DNA of 64,000 nt from Nitrosopumilaceae archaeon (GCA_050117375.1 JASFMV010000001.1:421-64420); one strand, 5' to 3'. Positions 1 to 9,283 are shown, counted from the first letter of the stretch. Numbers and translations are program-made. The notes: generated by a model not told the origin, from the sequence alone.

Positions 1-1
1 A

Positions 2-148
2 ATGGAAAAGCAAGGTCAGGACATGGAAGATAAAGGTTTATCTTGGTGCCATTATTGTAAGCAATATATGGAACCAGATGAAATACGATATTCTACCTTA
101 TGTCCAATACATCCAGAACGCCCAGAAGAAGAATGGGAAGATTTATAA
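2..148 (+). CDS. small Cys/His-containing protein, possibly the 3' end of an ORF cut by the window edge
   Basis: Open frame from ATG at 2 to TAA at 146-148. It has a WCHYC...CPIH pattern. No family recognised. Confidence 0.3.
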   Translation: MEKQGQDMEDKGLSWCHYCKQYMEPDEIRYSTLCPIHPERPEEEWEDL

Positions 149-162
149 CTAAAGCCTATAAT

Positions 163-195
163 CCCCCGAAGGCTAACGCCGGAGGGGCAGTTTTA
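163..195 (+). terminator. GC-rich hairpin, candidate terminator
   Basis: A CCCCC...GGGG stem encloses a GGC-TAAC-GCC hairpin and is followed by CAGTTTTA. The architecture resembles 45828-45868. Confidence 0.3.
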
Positions 196-266
196 ATGCA
201 GCCTATAGCCGGTCCCAAGCCCGGATAAATGCAGAGGGGAAAATAACGTTAATAAAGGAGAGCAGT

Positions 267-572
267 ATGGATTTAAAACAAAATGATTTTGAGTATTTGC
301 AAAATCAGATACAGCAAGGAAAAATGACACCTGATGAAGCAAATATAGAAATAATTAGGATGCAAAGAGTATTATTGGTAACGGGAAAAATCCCGGCAGA
401 AGTAAGAAAGGCTTTAAATAATGCAGTAAAAACAGGGTATCTTTTTCATTTAAAAAAAGATGGAAATAAGCCAGAAGTTTATTTTCATCCAAATTTTGAT
501 TACCTGGCCAAACAGGAAAGGTATGAACACGAATTAAAGGTATTAAATTCTTTAAAATCAGTTTGTACATAA
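267..572 (+). CDS. hypothetical protein
   Basis: 101-aa ORF behind an AAAGGAGAG RBS. No family recognised. Confidence 0.6.
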   Translation: MDLKQNDFEYLQNQIQQGKMTPDEANIEIIRMQRVLLVTGKIPAEVRKALNNAVKTGYLFHLKKDGNKPEVYFHPNFDYLAKQERYEHELKVLNSLKSVCT

Positions 573-586
573 AAAGGAGAAATAAA

Positions 587-934
587 ATGATAAAATATAC
601 GTTTGGTCCGTGGGAAATTGATGGCGAAGAGATAGGTGTTAATATAAATGTAAATGGGGAGAGGTTTTTTAAATCTATTGCTACAATTGATCCTTTCCCG
701 GGACTATATCAAACTACGGATGCATTAAAAGAAGGAGAATGCAACGCTTGTTTAATTGTGTCGGCACCTGAAATGCTTGAAGTTATTATGGATGCATTTT
801 TTGGGGAGGTGTCGGCGAGCGAAGATGTGCGTTACAAATGGCAAAAAATTATTGAGAAAGCAACGGGGAATAAAATTGAACAAATTTTAGAAGAAAATAA
901 AGGAAAAATAAAATGGGCGAAAAAGAGTTTATAG
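587..934 (+). CDS. hypothetical protein
   Basis: Start moved to ATG 587, directly behind the recurring RBS AAAGGAGAAATAAAATG. Confidence 0.6.
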   Translation: MIKYTFGPWEIDGEEIGVNINVNGERFFKSIATIDPFPGLYQTTDALKEGECNACLIVSAPEMLEVIMDAFFGEVSASEDVRYKWQKIIEKATGNKIEQILEENKGKIKWAKKSL

Positions 935-1023
935 AAAACATTAAGAATTTAGACAGGACAGAAAAAGAATTGTCTGTAAAAGAATGCAAAGCAAAAGCAT
1001 ACAAAGAAGTTTTTGATTTATAG
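913..1023 (+). other. 36-aa mosaic ORF, likely a recombination remnant
   Basis: The first ~50 nt are near-identical to the start of 2683..3093 (MxEKEFIENIKNLDRTEK). Bases 959-984 are identical to 2393-2418, which lie inside 2380..2664. Confidence 0.3.
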
Positions 1024-1033
1024 TTTTGTGTTC

Positions 1034-1052
1034 GGGGACTTTTAAAGTCCCC
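1034..1052. terminator. perfect palindromic hairpin GGGGACTTT-T-AAAGTCCCC
   Basis: Seen directly. There is no clear T-run, so terminator function is uncertain. Confidence 0.25.
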
Positions 1053-1399
1053 TTGCATAAGATTATAAATTATATAATACGTTACAAAAAATAAAATAAC
1101 AGGAGTATTATAATATTAATGACAGTTATTTTAAATATAGGGAAACCTTGCTATATAAAAGATTTGTTTAATTTTGACGGAACAGATAAATTATTTATAG
1201 GTAATTTTCTAGGCTTTAAATATTGCCGGCATTGTTCTAATATATCTGTTTTGTCTTTTATCTCCTGTCAAAAATTTGAAGAATTATTTTATTGTCATTC
1301 TTTATCATTTTTTATTATCAAGAAATTAGAATTAATTAAAATTATTTGTAATTTAATTTTTAAAAGAAATTGGAAATTAATGTTTTACGGGAGAAAAAA

Positions 1400-1651
1400 A
1401 TGGTATATGTAGATAATGCAAACATTCCTTTTAGAAATATGCGTATGTCGCATATGGTTGCAGATAGCACAAAAGAATTAAATGACATGGCGCAAAAAAT
1501 CGGATTATCTAAGAAATACATACAACATGAAAATTCATTTAATGAGCATTATGATGTTTGTGTTTCTAAGAAAAAATTAGCAATTAAATACGGGGCTATT
1601 TTAATTGATAGTAAAGAGTTAGTTGCTATTATAAAAAATAAAATTAAATAG
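1400..1651 (+). CDS. DUF4031-like protein
   Basis: The MVYVDNANIPFRNMRMSHMVADS...ELNDMAQKIGL...HYDV pattern matches my recollection of DUF4031. Start set at ATG 1400 behind GGGAG. Confidence 0.55.
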   Translation: MVYVDNANIPFRNMRMSHMVADSTKELNDMAQKIGLSKKYIQHENSFNEHYDVCVSKKKLAIKYGAILIDSKELVAIIKNKIK

Positions 1652-1663
1652 AGGAGAACAACA

Positions 1664-2005
1664 ATGAACTACAGGGAAATTTATAATAGTAAAGTTGAAC
1701 AGTTTAAAATACAGACTGTAAGTCAAATGTTAATTGATCGTGGGTGTGTATATGATACTGTAAATAATAAATATGATATTGGTTCAGTTATTAAGTTCAG
1801 TACTGATTGTATTGTATTGTCAGTTGATTTTACTAAAGATCATATCAGGATAAGAAGTGATTACACTGATAGAACTGGAACTAATCGACCTGTTGATGAA
1901 TTCATTATTGATGAAATTTCATATGAAAAAAGTCCTGACGATATAATCAGAATAATTGATGATATATTTATGCAACGTATTGAAGACTGTAAATATTTCA
2001 AATAA
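1664..2005 (+). CDS. hypothetical protein
   Basis: 113-aa ORF with a GAGGAG RBS, followed by a terminator. Confidence 0.6.
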   Translation: MNYREIYNSKVEQFKIQTVSQMLIDRGCVYDTVNNKYDIGSVIKFSTDCIVLSVDFTKDHIRIRSDYTDRTGTNRPVDEFIIDEISYEKSPDDIIRIIDDIFMQRIEDCKYFK

Positions 2006-2020
2006 TTGATAACTCTCTAA

Positions 2021-2058
2021 CAGCCCCAATAGGATTTTGTCTTTGTGGGGCTGTTTTT
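2021..2058 (+). terminator. rho-independent terminator
   Basis: Stem CAGCCCCA/TGGGGCTG followed by TTTTT. Confidence 0.65.
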
Positions 2059-2074
2059 GTAAGGAAGGTAACAC

Positions 2075-2377
2075 ATGAAAACAATATCATTAAAAAAAGC
2101 AAAAAACTTAAAACGTAAGTGGAGAATGGTTGTTGATGTATATCCTACTATGCGGCAGGTTGTAAGGGATCACAAGGACGAATTATTAAAAGACGGTTTT
2201 GAGCATTGTGTAATTGGTACCGGTGTTACTGCGTATACACATGATCGCTGTGTATATTTACAACCGGTTCAATCAATCAAATTTTTGAATGGCTGGTATC
2301 TTATTATAGGTGAGGGAACACCGGGAAGAAGAAAAAAGTATACTGGTTGGTGTATAAAGGTTGATTTGGAGGTGTGA
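2075..2377 (+). CDS. hypothetical protein, paralogue of 16691..16996
   Basis: Collinear similarity by eye over the full length (KRKW..., DELLKDGF, IGTG..AYTH, LIIGEG.PGR.K, GWCI). Confidence 0.65.
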   Translation: MKTISLKKAKNLKRKWRMVVDVYPTMRQVVRDHKDELLKDGFEHCVIGTGVTAYTHDRCVYLQPVQSIKFLNGWYLIIGEGTPGRRKKYTGWCIKVDLEV

Positions 2378-2379
2378 TA

Positions 2380-2664
2380 ATGGGTGTAATAACAGAAAAA
2401 GAATTGTCTGTAAAAGAAGAAATAAAAAAGAGACCTATGTCTTTGGAAAATTATTTTAAAGACAAGGATTTTTGTTTAGAGCAAATGAGGGAGGCGAGAG
2501 AGTTATTTGGAAATAGAAAAACAACTCCCGAACAATATCAAGCAATATATAGGGTAATTGGATTTGTGTTGCTTTATGGTCCTGAAGAAATTAGATATAT
2601 GGCGCAGGCACTAATTGACGAAGTAGCGAGGAGAGAAATATTTTTTATTACAAATGTTTGGTAA
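2380..2664 (+). CDS. hypothetical protein
   Basis: ATG 2380 lies behind GGAGG. Confidence 0.55.
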   Translation: MGVITEKELSVKEEIKKRPMSLENYFKDKDFCLEQMREARELFGNRKTTPEQYQAIYRVIGFVLLYGPEEIRYMAQALIDEVARREIFFITNVW

Positions 2665-2682
2665 GTAAAAAGGAGAAATAAA

Positions 2683-3093
2683 ATGGACGAAAAAGAGTTT
2701 ATAGAAAATATTAAAAATTTAGACAGGACAGAAAAACAATTTGTTGAAATTGTTAATAACTTGTTTCAAGACAAGGGATTAGAAAGCAGACTAATTATAA
2801 AAGATAATTCTGATCCTGAAGTTGACTTGGCTTTCAGTTTACACGGCCCGACAAGCGAAGAACAACAGGCTGCTGAAATTGTGAGCACTGCAATGAAGAC
2901 ATACACCATAAATGGATGTAAAAATGTTATTCATGGGAATATTGGACAAAACCATGAATTACGTGATTTAGAAATTGTAGAAAAACAAATAAAAATGATG
3001 TTGCACTTGCATGAGAAAACAGCACAGCAACTAGGACTAACACCGGAAGAATACGAAAACCGGATGGACAAATTATTTGAAAGCCTACATTAA
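2683..3093 (+). CDS. hypothetical protein
   Basis: 136-aa ORF behind the AAAGGAGAAATAAAATG RBS. Confidence 0.6.
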   Translation: MDEKEFIENIKNLDRTEKQFVEIVNNLFQDKGLESRLIIKDNSDPEVDLAFSLHGPTSEEQQAAEIVSTAMKTYTINGCKNVIHGNIGQNHELRDLEIVEKQIKMMLHLHEKTAQQLGLTPEEYENRMDKLFESLH

Positions 3094-3106
3094 AGGAAGT
3101 ATTTTT

Positions 3107-3229
3107 ATGAAATGTTTTACTTTGATTTATTTTACAAAGCAATTTGATAAATTTGAGTATGTAGAAAAAGAAATACCAAGTACATATGATAAAAAGATTG
3201 TTTTAAAAGAAAATGAAAAAAAAATGTAA
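3107..3229 (+). CDS. small hypothetical protein (40 aa)
   Basis: ATG behind AAAGGAAG. It is below the ORF-track length cutoff. Confidence 0.25.
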   Translation: MKCFTLIYFTKQFDKFEYVEKEIPSTYDKKIVLKENEKKM

Positions 3230-3323
3230 ACAGTCAATGTCATAAAATGGTAAGTAAAGGATTTTTATTTTCAAGATTTGTTAATAATACATGGGAATTT
3301 AAAAAAAGAAGAGGTGAAAATAA

Positions 3324-3524
3324 ATGAATAAAAATAAACCAGTATTTACTGAAGTTTGCTATGGAACAATTACGCCTGATATGACATTACGTGATTATTT
3401 TGCTGCAAAAGCAATGCAAGGAATGAAAGCATCAGAAACAGAAATGGTTGGTTATAGCGTTGAAAATCTTGTTAAAAATGCTTATATCATTGCTGATCAA
3501 ATGTTGTTGCAAAGGAAAAAATAA
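3324..3524 (+). CDS. hypothetical protein
   Basis: 66-aa ORF behind GAGGTG. Confidence 0.5.
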   Translation: MNKNKPVFTEVCYGTITPDMTLRDYFAAKAMQGMKASETEMVGYSVENLVKNAYIIADQMLLQRKK

Positions 3525-3534
3525 AAAAAAATAC

Positions 3535-3563
3535 TTTACTAAAATGTCTTTTAATAGTATTTT
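3535..3563 (+). promoter_or_regulatory. sigma70-like promoter, class A (TTTACT-N17-TATTTT)
   Basis: Same AAAAA(G)TACTTTACT core as the promoters at 16332, 19789, 41596, 45458, 45890 and 39215(-). Confidence 0.45.
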
Positions 3564-3581
3564 AACTATAAAGAGGCAAAA

Positions 3582-4334
3582 ATGAACAACATAACTGATT
3601 ATACGTATGCTGAAATAAACTATGATATTTGTTTTATTAAAAAAATAACTCCTTACCTTGATGATATAAAAGACAAAAACGGAAGACCGTTAAGAAACAA
3701 AGCCCGTGCCTATGCCTGGTATTATGTTTTTAATAATAATATTAAGGCAGATGCTTATAGACGGGCCTACCATAGTAGATATAATCCTGAAACCGGAAAA
3801 TTAGAAGAAATAATTAGAGGTGATTTGACAAAAAAAGAAGCGAAGGCCAGAAATGTTCGTATTTCAGTTAAGGCAAATGAGCTGCATTCTTACCCTTATA
3901 TCCAGCAATGTGTAGAACTTATTGAAAAAGACCACATAAAAAAAATAAAAAAAACCTTACCGCAAAGTATGTTAGAACAATTAGTTATACATGCCACCTA
4001 CGATCCATCTATGTTTTTTACTCCGCGTGGAAGAGTGGCCTTTAAAACCTGGGAAGAAATACCGGAAAAATACCGGTGTTGTGTTGAAGGAATAGAAACA
4101 AGGGCATATGGAAAAGATGGAAATGTAAGAATATCTACAATAAAATTAGTTGATAGGGACAAGGCCCGGAAATATTTACTACAAATTTGCCCCGGCCTGT
4201 TAGAAGCTGAAAAACATGAAATAATACATAAGACAATAGATGAAAACGGAGCAGTTGTTGGAATGGACGTAAAAAAACTTACGGATGCAGAGTTAATTCA
4301 AAAATATCAGGAACTGAAGAACAGGGAGAAATAA
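3582..4334 (+). CDS. terS: terminase small subunit (putative)
   Basis: The N-terminal ARAYAWYY..NIKADAYRRAY segment and the C-terminal DRDKARKYLLQI segment resemble Terminase_2-type small subunits. Position is upstream of the packaging genes. Confidence 0.5.
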   Translation: MNNITDYTYAEINYDICFIKKITPYLDDIKDKNGRPLRNKARAYAWYYVFNNNIKADAYRRAYHSRYNPETGKLEEIIRGDLTKKEAKARNVRISVKANELHSYPYIQQCVELIEKDHIKKIKKTLPQSMLEQLVIHATYDPSMFFTPRGRVAFKTWEEIPEKYRCCVEGIETRAYGKDGNVRISTIKLVDRDKARKYLLQICPGLLEAEKHEIIHKTIDENGAVVGMDVKKLTDAELIQKYQELKNREK

Positions 4335-4336
4335 AC

Positions 4337-4672
4337 ATGGAAACAGGCAGCATTGTGGCGTTGATTACATCCGGCTTTACTATGCTGGGCGGGATATTAA
4401 CAATAATGAAGGTGTTTAGCATGATACATAAAAAAGCAAAAGAGGAAGGACGCAAAGAAGAACAGTTTTGTGAAATTATTAAAGACGTGAACGGTTATGG
4501 TAAGAGATTATTAGAAGCTGAAAAAGATAATATGATAACAAAGAATAAAATAAATAAGCTTGAAAATGAAATATCTGCTAAGCTTGATGTTATCATTATT
4601 AAAACAGAGAGTACAGAAAAGAGAATGGACAGAATAGAAAATCATATATTTAATCAGGGAGAGAGAAAATGA
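4337..4672 (+). CDS. membrane-anchored coiled-coil protein
   Basis: Hydrophobic N-terminal segment (IVALITSGFTMLGGILTIMKVF) followed by a charged helical region. Confidence 0.55.
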   Translation: METGSIVALITSGFTMLGGILTIMKVFSMIHKKAKEEGRKEEQFCEIIKDVNGYGKRLLEAEKDNMITKNKINKLENEISAKLDVIIIKTESTEKRMDRIENHIFNQGERK

Positions 4673-4921
4673 ACGCATTGCAAAATTTAAAAAAAAAGAA
4701 TAATCCGGGACGACAAAGGAAATTTTAAAGGGTACAAGGGAAATCCATTGTTTCATCCAAATCCCAATATTAAAGGTTTTTCCAGTACAGAAAAAAGGCT
4801 GAAGGGGATTTGCACCAGGTAAATAAAAAGCAAAGCAAAGAGAGACGTGGAAAACTGGTAAAGAAAATATAAAACCCACTATCAAAAAGCGGGAAAATTA
4901 AAATATAAGTGGAGGAACCAA

Positions 4922-5215
4922 ATGAAAATAATTTCAGGTTTACAGTATTTAGTTACAAAAGTAGTATCAGTATTTAAAATAATAAAAAGGCTTTATAATA
5001 AAGATAAATTAAATTTATCTAAAACAATAACAATCCCTTTTACAAACAGAAATGTTACAGTTGTATTTGGCTGGTTGGTCCGGGACAAATGGGCCTTGTT
5101 TTCTGTATCTATGTTCCAGGTAGAATGGGATTGTTGTTTATCTGTTTTTGAATTAAAAGTTTTAAAATTCAGAATACATATAATCACTTATAAAAGAAAA
5201 GGAACATCAAAATGA
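4922..5215 (+). CDS. hypothetical protein
   Basis: ORF behind the strong RBS GTGGAGGAACCAAATG, which recurs at 22985 and 29710. Confidence 0.5.
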   Translation: MKIISGLQYLVTKVVSVFKIIKRLYNKDKLNLSKTITIPFTNRNVTVVFGWLVRDKWALFSVSMFQVEWDCCLSVFELKVLKFRIHIITYKRKGTSK

Positions 5216-5448
5216 AAATAGGCAAAAGACTGGGAAAACATTCTTTTTATTTATTGTTTTCCTTGATTATTGTCTTTGTTGTTACGGAGCTAATAAAGCC
5301 TTTTGTACTGTTTGGAATGTCTATAGAAAGCTGGCAATTGGTCCTGGGAACAACACTGGCCCTACACGGAAGTGTCTGGGGATGTGTGGCAACAAAGAAT
5401 TTTCGTAAACAGATTAACAAAGACAGTACATTACCTGGAGGAAATTAA
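5212..5448 (+). CDS. small two-TM membrane protein (holin candidate)
   Basis: Two hydrophobic stretches and a charged C-terminus. It lies just upstream of the cell-wall hydrolase gene. Confidence 0.4.
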   Translation: MKIGKRLGKHSFYLLFSLIIVFVVTELIKPFVLFGMSIESWQLVLGTTLALHGSVWGCVATKNFRKQINKDSTLPGGN

Positions 5449-5449
5449 A

Positions 5450-5590
5450 ATGATTTTAGAATATCCTATATCACAAAAATTTAATACTGACCCGGATATC
5501 GAAGAACAAGAAAAAAAGGATTCTATGAATAACAAAATAGATAAAACAAAAAAAGAAGATCAATATGAAAGAGGAGTGCGGAATGGATAA
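5450..5590 (+). CDS. small acidic/basic protein (46 aa)
   Basis: ATG 5450 behind GGAGGAAATTAAA. The upstream part of ORF 5372..5590 overlaps the previous gene. Confidence 0.35.
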   Translation: MILEYPISQKFNTDPDIEEQEKKDSMNNKIDKTKKEDQYERGVRNG

Positions 5591-5825
5591 AGTATTAGTA
5601 GCTATTCGGGTTAAAGGACATTGTATTATTCAGGGAAGTGATAAAAAAGTAACTGACTGGGAAATTTTGGGAATATACGGTATAGAGAACAGGGGAAAGG
5701 CTATACAACGTTGTAACCGGATTGGGGATATATTAGTTAGTCTCCCCTTTAATACAGATTTTCCTGATGAAGTGCAATATTTCGGAAAAGATGAAATTGT
5801 GTTTCAAAATACACAATATGCATAA
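5583..5825 (+). CDS. hypothetical protein
   Basis: ATG 5583 behind GAGGAG. Confidence 0.5.
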   Translation: MDKVLVAIRVKGHCIIQGSDKKVTDWEILGIYGIENRGKAIQRCNRIGDILVSLPFNTDFPDEVQYFGKDEIVFQNTQYA

Positions 5826-5837
5826 AGGAGAAAATTT

Positions 5838-6710
5838 ATGAAACAACTAACATACGGACAAAGACTTTTTGAAGATTTATTTGAATTAAATAATTTTGAT
5901 ATAAGAACAATGCAGGCACGACCAAGCGTGTTTGTTATTCGTAATTGTTGTATAGGTCAAAATGGAACAGATTTCACGTATGCAAAAGATACCGGGGACA
6001 ATATTTGTGATTCGATTATATTATATTCTCCAGTAAACGGGGAATATAATATTGTTGAAGGCCGGACTATCCCGCATAGAAAATATCAAAAAAGAATGGT
6101 AGAGGGAACAGCACGGGCAAATTATATTTCGCCTGGACTATACCCGTTTGCATTACGAAAAGGACATCATAGAGGAAAAGAGGCATTAGTCCAAAACAAG
6201 GCATATATAATTTTTCGTTCTGCCGATATGATTTTTGGTAATGAAGACGATTATGCTGATCCGGACGGATTTGTGGCTGATAACCTGCATGGCAATGCTC
6301 CCTATTCTGCCGGGTGTATTACTATTGCCGGCGATATGATAATAAATGAAAAAACAGGTGAAGAAATAAGAACAGGAGACTGGGCAGAAACGCATGACTG
6401 GATTTATAACATAAATAAATCACAAACATTTTTTAATACGGGAATATTTAATTATTCTGATATAAGTTCCCGAAACAGGAACAATTGGAAATTGATGCCC
6501 GGTAGCTACGGAGAAAGGGTAGCAATGTTGCAATCCGGCCTGAGGATTAAACCGGATGGGGACTTTGGTCCAGTGACGTTTTTTGCATTAAGAAAAAAAC
6601 AAGAGGAACTGGGCTTATTTTCTAATGGTATTTTTGATATACGGACAAGGAATATCTGGGACCAGATGCAGATATTAGACGTTGCAAAAAATCCTACAGA
6701 GGAAATTTAA
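5838..6710 (+). CDS. cell-wall hydrolase / endolysin candidate with C-terminal peptidoglycan-binding domain
   Basis: The C-terminus GERVAMLQSGLRIKPDGDFGPVTFFALRKKQ looks like PG_binding_1. The central LHGNAPYSAGCITI resembles the YkuD-type H...SxGC catalytic motif. Confidence 0.55.
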   Translation: MKQLTYGQRLFEDLFELNNFDIRTMQARPSVFVIRNCCIGQNGTDFTYAKDTGDNICDSIILYSPVNGEYNIVEGRTIPHRKYQKRMVEGTARANYISPGLYPFALRKGHHRGKEALVQNKAYIIFRSADMIFGNEDDYADPDGFVADNLHGNAPYSAGCITIAGDMIINEKTGEEIRTGDWAETHDWIYNINKSQTFFNTGIFNYSDISSRNRNNWKLMPGSYGERVAMLQSGLRIKPDGDFGPVTFFALRKKQEELGLFSNGIFDIRTRNIWDQMQILDVAKNPTEEI

Positions 6711-6721
6711 GGAGAAATAAA

Positions 6722-7054
6722 ATGAAAAAAATATTTTTAATACTTTTAATTTTTTTGTATGGTACTATATTATTTGTCGGGTGTGCGTCTATGAAAAAGC
6801 CGGATATTGACAAAGATTATACCGGTTTTACGGTTACAGAAAAAAAGATGCAGTATGAATATGATATGTGCTGTTATGCGCAACAATTTAGCAAAATAGA
6901 TTTGAAGTGCGACAACATAAAAGACAGGAACCAAAAAGTAAATATGATCCTGTTATATAACACATTAAAGAATACGGATGCCCTCCCGATTATTTATAGA
7001 AAAACCGGTGAAGAAATAATGACGTTTGACGATTTTAATAAATATATACAATAA
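6722..7054 (+). CDS. lipoprotein (spanin or exclusion candidate)
   Basis: Signal peptide ending in the lipobox LFVGC. Confidence 0.55.
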   Translation: MKKIFLILLIFLYGTILFVGCASMKKPDIDKDYTGFTVTEKKMQYEYDMCCYAQQFSKIDLKCDNIKDRNQKVNMILLYNTLKNTDALPIIYRKTGEEIMTFDDFNKYIQ

Positions 7055-7063
7055 GGGGACAAA

Positions 7064-7585
7064 ATGATTAAATATAAAAACATACAATTAAAATCAGTTT
7101 ATGATTTAACACATTATTTAAAAAATATGTCGATAAAAGATAAATCATATTTATTTATTCGGGAGAATGAATATAAAATTGAAAGCACGATATGGGAAGA
7201 AATGTTTGAAATTTATCTAGAGACTATTCCGGTTGGTTTTGTGTATATCAATAAGCAAGTGGAACACCGTAAAGCTGTTATTAATGGAATATATATTATT
7301 CCTGAATATAGAACCGCACATATTGCATTAATGGCAATGTTATGTGTTTGTGTTTATATTTTTAATTTTTTAGGATATAATAAAATAGAATCATCTACAA
7401 TCGAACATAATAGTCCCAGTTATGTGTTTCAGGATTCCTATATGAAAAAGGAAGGAACACAAATACAGTCATTGTATTATCAAAGAAAGTTTTATGATCA
7501 AAGTCTCTTTGGTTTACGTTTGTTTGAGTTTGAAGAATTATTAGAAAAACATAAAATTAAATTAAGCGATGTTAGAATAATATGA
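7064..7585 (+). CDS. hypothetical protein, weak GNAT-like motif
   Basis: GIYIIPEYRTAHIALMAM resembles the GNAT motif A region. This is weak evidence. Confidence 0.3.
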   Translation: MIKYKNIQLKSVYDLTHYLKNMSIKDKSYLFIRENEYKIESTIWEEMFEIYLETIPVGFVYINKQVEHRKAVINGIYIIPEYRTAHIALMAMLCVCVYIFNFLGYNKIESSTIEHNSPSYVFQDSYMKKEGTQIQSLYYQRKFYDQSLFGLRLFEFEELLEKHKIKLSDVRII

Positions 7586-9087
7586 CAAGTGTAAATTCTA
7601 TGATTGCCGGAGATTTTGCGGCACAAATGTATAGAGAGTTAGAAATGAGACAATTAGCACGGTCTCATTTAGCTCCCTTTACGCAGTACCTGTTCCCCAT
7701 GTATCAACTAACAGGGATACATAAAGAGTATGCACAAATATTAACATTGTTTGCGCGGGGAGAAATAAAAAAATTAATTATTTCAATGCCGCCTCAGCAT
7801 GGTAAATCAGAATTGTCTACTTTGCGACTTCCGGCATTTATGTTTGGACAGAATCCAAATTTAAAAGCTGCAATTGCTAGTTATAACGCAACAAAGGCAC
7901 GGGGATTTAATACAAAGCTGCAACGGATCATTGCAGATCCATTATATTTTAATTTGTTCCCGGAAACAACTATCAGTAGTACTCCTTTTAGCCAAAAGTC
8001 TAAAACGGGAATGAAGTTTCAAAGAAAACAAGAAGAATTTGAAATAATAAATTATCAGGGTAGTTGTAAAGCGGTGGGAAGAGGGGGAGCCCTTACCGGT
8101 GACCCGGTGGATTTAATCCTTATGGATGATTTATACAAAGATTATGCGGAAGGGAATAGTCCTGTTGTTCGGGAAACGGTAATTGATTGGTATACTGCGG
8201 TTGTTCGTACAAGACTGCATAACAATAGTCAGCAATTAATTGTTTTTACCCGGTGGAACGAAGAAGATTTAATTGGATTTATAGAAAGGTCGGACGACGA
8301 AAAGGTTATTTTACTTACCGAAAAAACACAATTAAATAATATTGACATTGATGCCTGGTATAAAATTAATTTCCCTGCTCTTGCAACAAAAGAATCGGAA
8401 TTAAATGAATTTGATGGAAGAAAAGAGGGTGAACCGTTATGGCCGGAAAGACATAGCCAAAAAAAATTAATAAACGATAGAAACTTAGACGAAGAAAAAT
8501 TTGAGTCCCTACATCAAGGAGATCCGAAGCCTTCTAAAGGATTATTATATAAAGGATTTAATATTTACATAACTAAGCCGGCCTTTAAGTGGAGAAAAAA
8601 TTATACAGACGTTGCCGACACGGGAAAAGATTATTTGTGTAGTATTTGCTATGAAGTCGGAGTAGACGACATGATATATATTACTGATATTTATTATACA
8701 GACGAACCGCAGGATAAAACAGAAATTGAAACGGCCGAATTATTAGACCGGAACAAAGTTAATATTGCATATGTAGAAAGTAATGCCGGTGGCCGGGCCT
8801 TTGCAAGAAATGTAGACGGGTTTACAAAGGGCCGGCATGTGTTGGAAACATTTTATCAGGGAGACAATAAGGAAAGCCGGATTATTTCTAATTCAGCAGC
8901 TATACAAAGAAAAATTTTATTTCCCATAAACTGGACTACGCGGTGGCCAGAATTTGCAAGGGACATATTACGATTTAAAAGAAATTTTAAAGCAAATTCA
9001 CATGATGATGCACCGGACGCTTTAACAGGAGTTTATGAAAAAAGCGGGTTGGCTCCAATTGATACAAAATCATTGTGGAGAAAATAA
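7582..9087 (+). CDS. terL: terminase large subunit
   Basis: Walker A-like ISMPPQHGKSE, Walker B-like LILMDDLY and the C-terminal nuclease motif SHDDAPDALTG. Overall it has the Terminase_6 pattern. Confidence 0.85.
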   Translation: MTSVNSMIAGDFAAQMYRELEMRQLARSHLAPFTQYLFPMYQLTGIHKEYAQILTLFARGEIKKLIISMPPQHGKSELSTLRLPAFMFGQNPNLKAAIASYNATKARGFNTKLQRIIADPLYFNLFPETTISSTPFSQKSKTGMKFQRKQEEFEIINYQGSCKAVGRGGALTGDPVDLILMDDLYKDYAEGNSPVVRETVIDWYTAVVRTRLHNNSQQLIVFTRWNEEDLIGFIERSDDEKVILLTEKTQLNNIDIDAWYKINFPALATKESELNEFDGRKEGEPLWPERHSQKKLINDRNLDEEKFESLHQGDPKPSKGLLYKGFNIYITKPAFKWRKNYTDVADTGKDYLCSICYEVGVDDMIYITDIYYTDEPQDKTEIETAELLDRNKVNIAYVESNAGGRAFARNVDGFTKGRHVLETFYQGDNKESRIISNSAAIQRKILFPINWTTRWPEFARDILRFKRNFKANSHDDAPDALTGVYEKSGLAPIDTKSLWRK

Positions 9088-9089
9088 AA

Positions 9090-9272
9090 ATGGAAAATGA
9101 AAAACTATATAGAATAGAATTATATTATGCAGTATTCGGAATTGTAGTAAATGTAAAAGATAATATTATCGTAGATGCGCCCCCTATAGCGCGTTGGATG
9201 GTAGGAAAACCGTTAGCTAAAATTAAAGTTTGGGTTGATAAGAAAAACGGTACAATTACAAAGATAAAATAA
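9090..9272 (+). CDS. small hypothetical protein
   Basis: ATG 9090 follows directly after the terL stop. Confidence 0.45.
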   Translation: MENEKLYRIELYYAVFGIVVNVKDNIIVDAPPIARWMVGKPLAKIKVWVDKKNGTITKIK

Positions 9273-9283
9273 AGGAGAAAATA

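Noticed and set aside
150-245. A GC-rich segment with repeated GCCTATA and AATGCAG words, considered as a small ncRNA
   Set aside because: Only weak hairpins can be drawn. I report the first one as a low-confidence terminator, and there is nothing more to support an RNA gene.
1119-1412. A 97-aa + strand ORF in the AT-rich region
   Set aside because: It has low-complexity F/I/K/L-rich composition and no RBS, and it overlaps the start of the DUF4031-like gene. It is probably a non-coding intergenic or regulatory region.
4669-4860. Short frames encoding MNALQNLKKKNNPGRQRKF and ...KGYKGNPLFHPNPNIKGF..., possibly a gene
   Set aside because: The frames are interrupted by stops. At most this is a decayed remnant and it cannot be supported as a feature.
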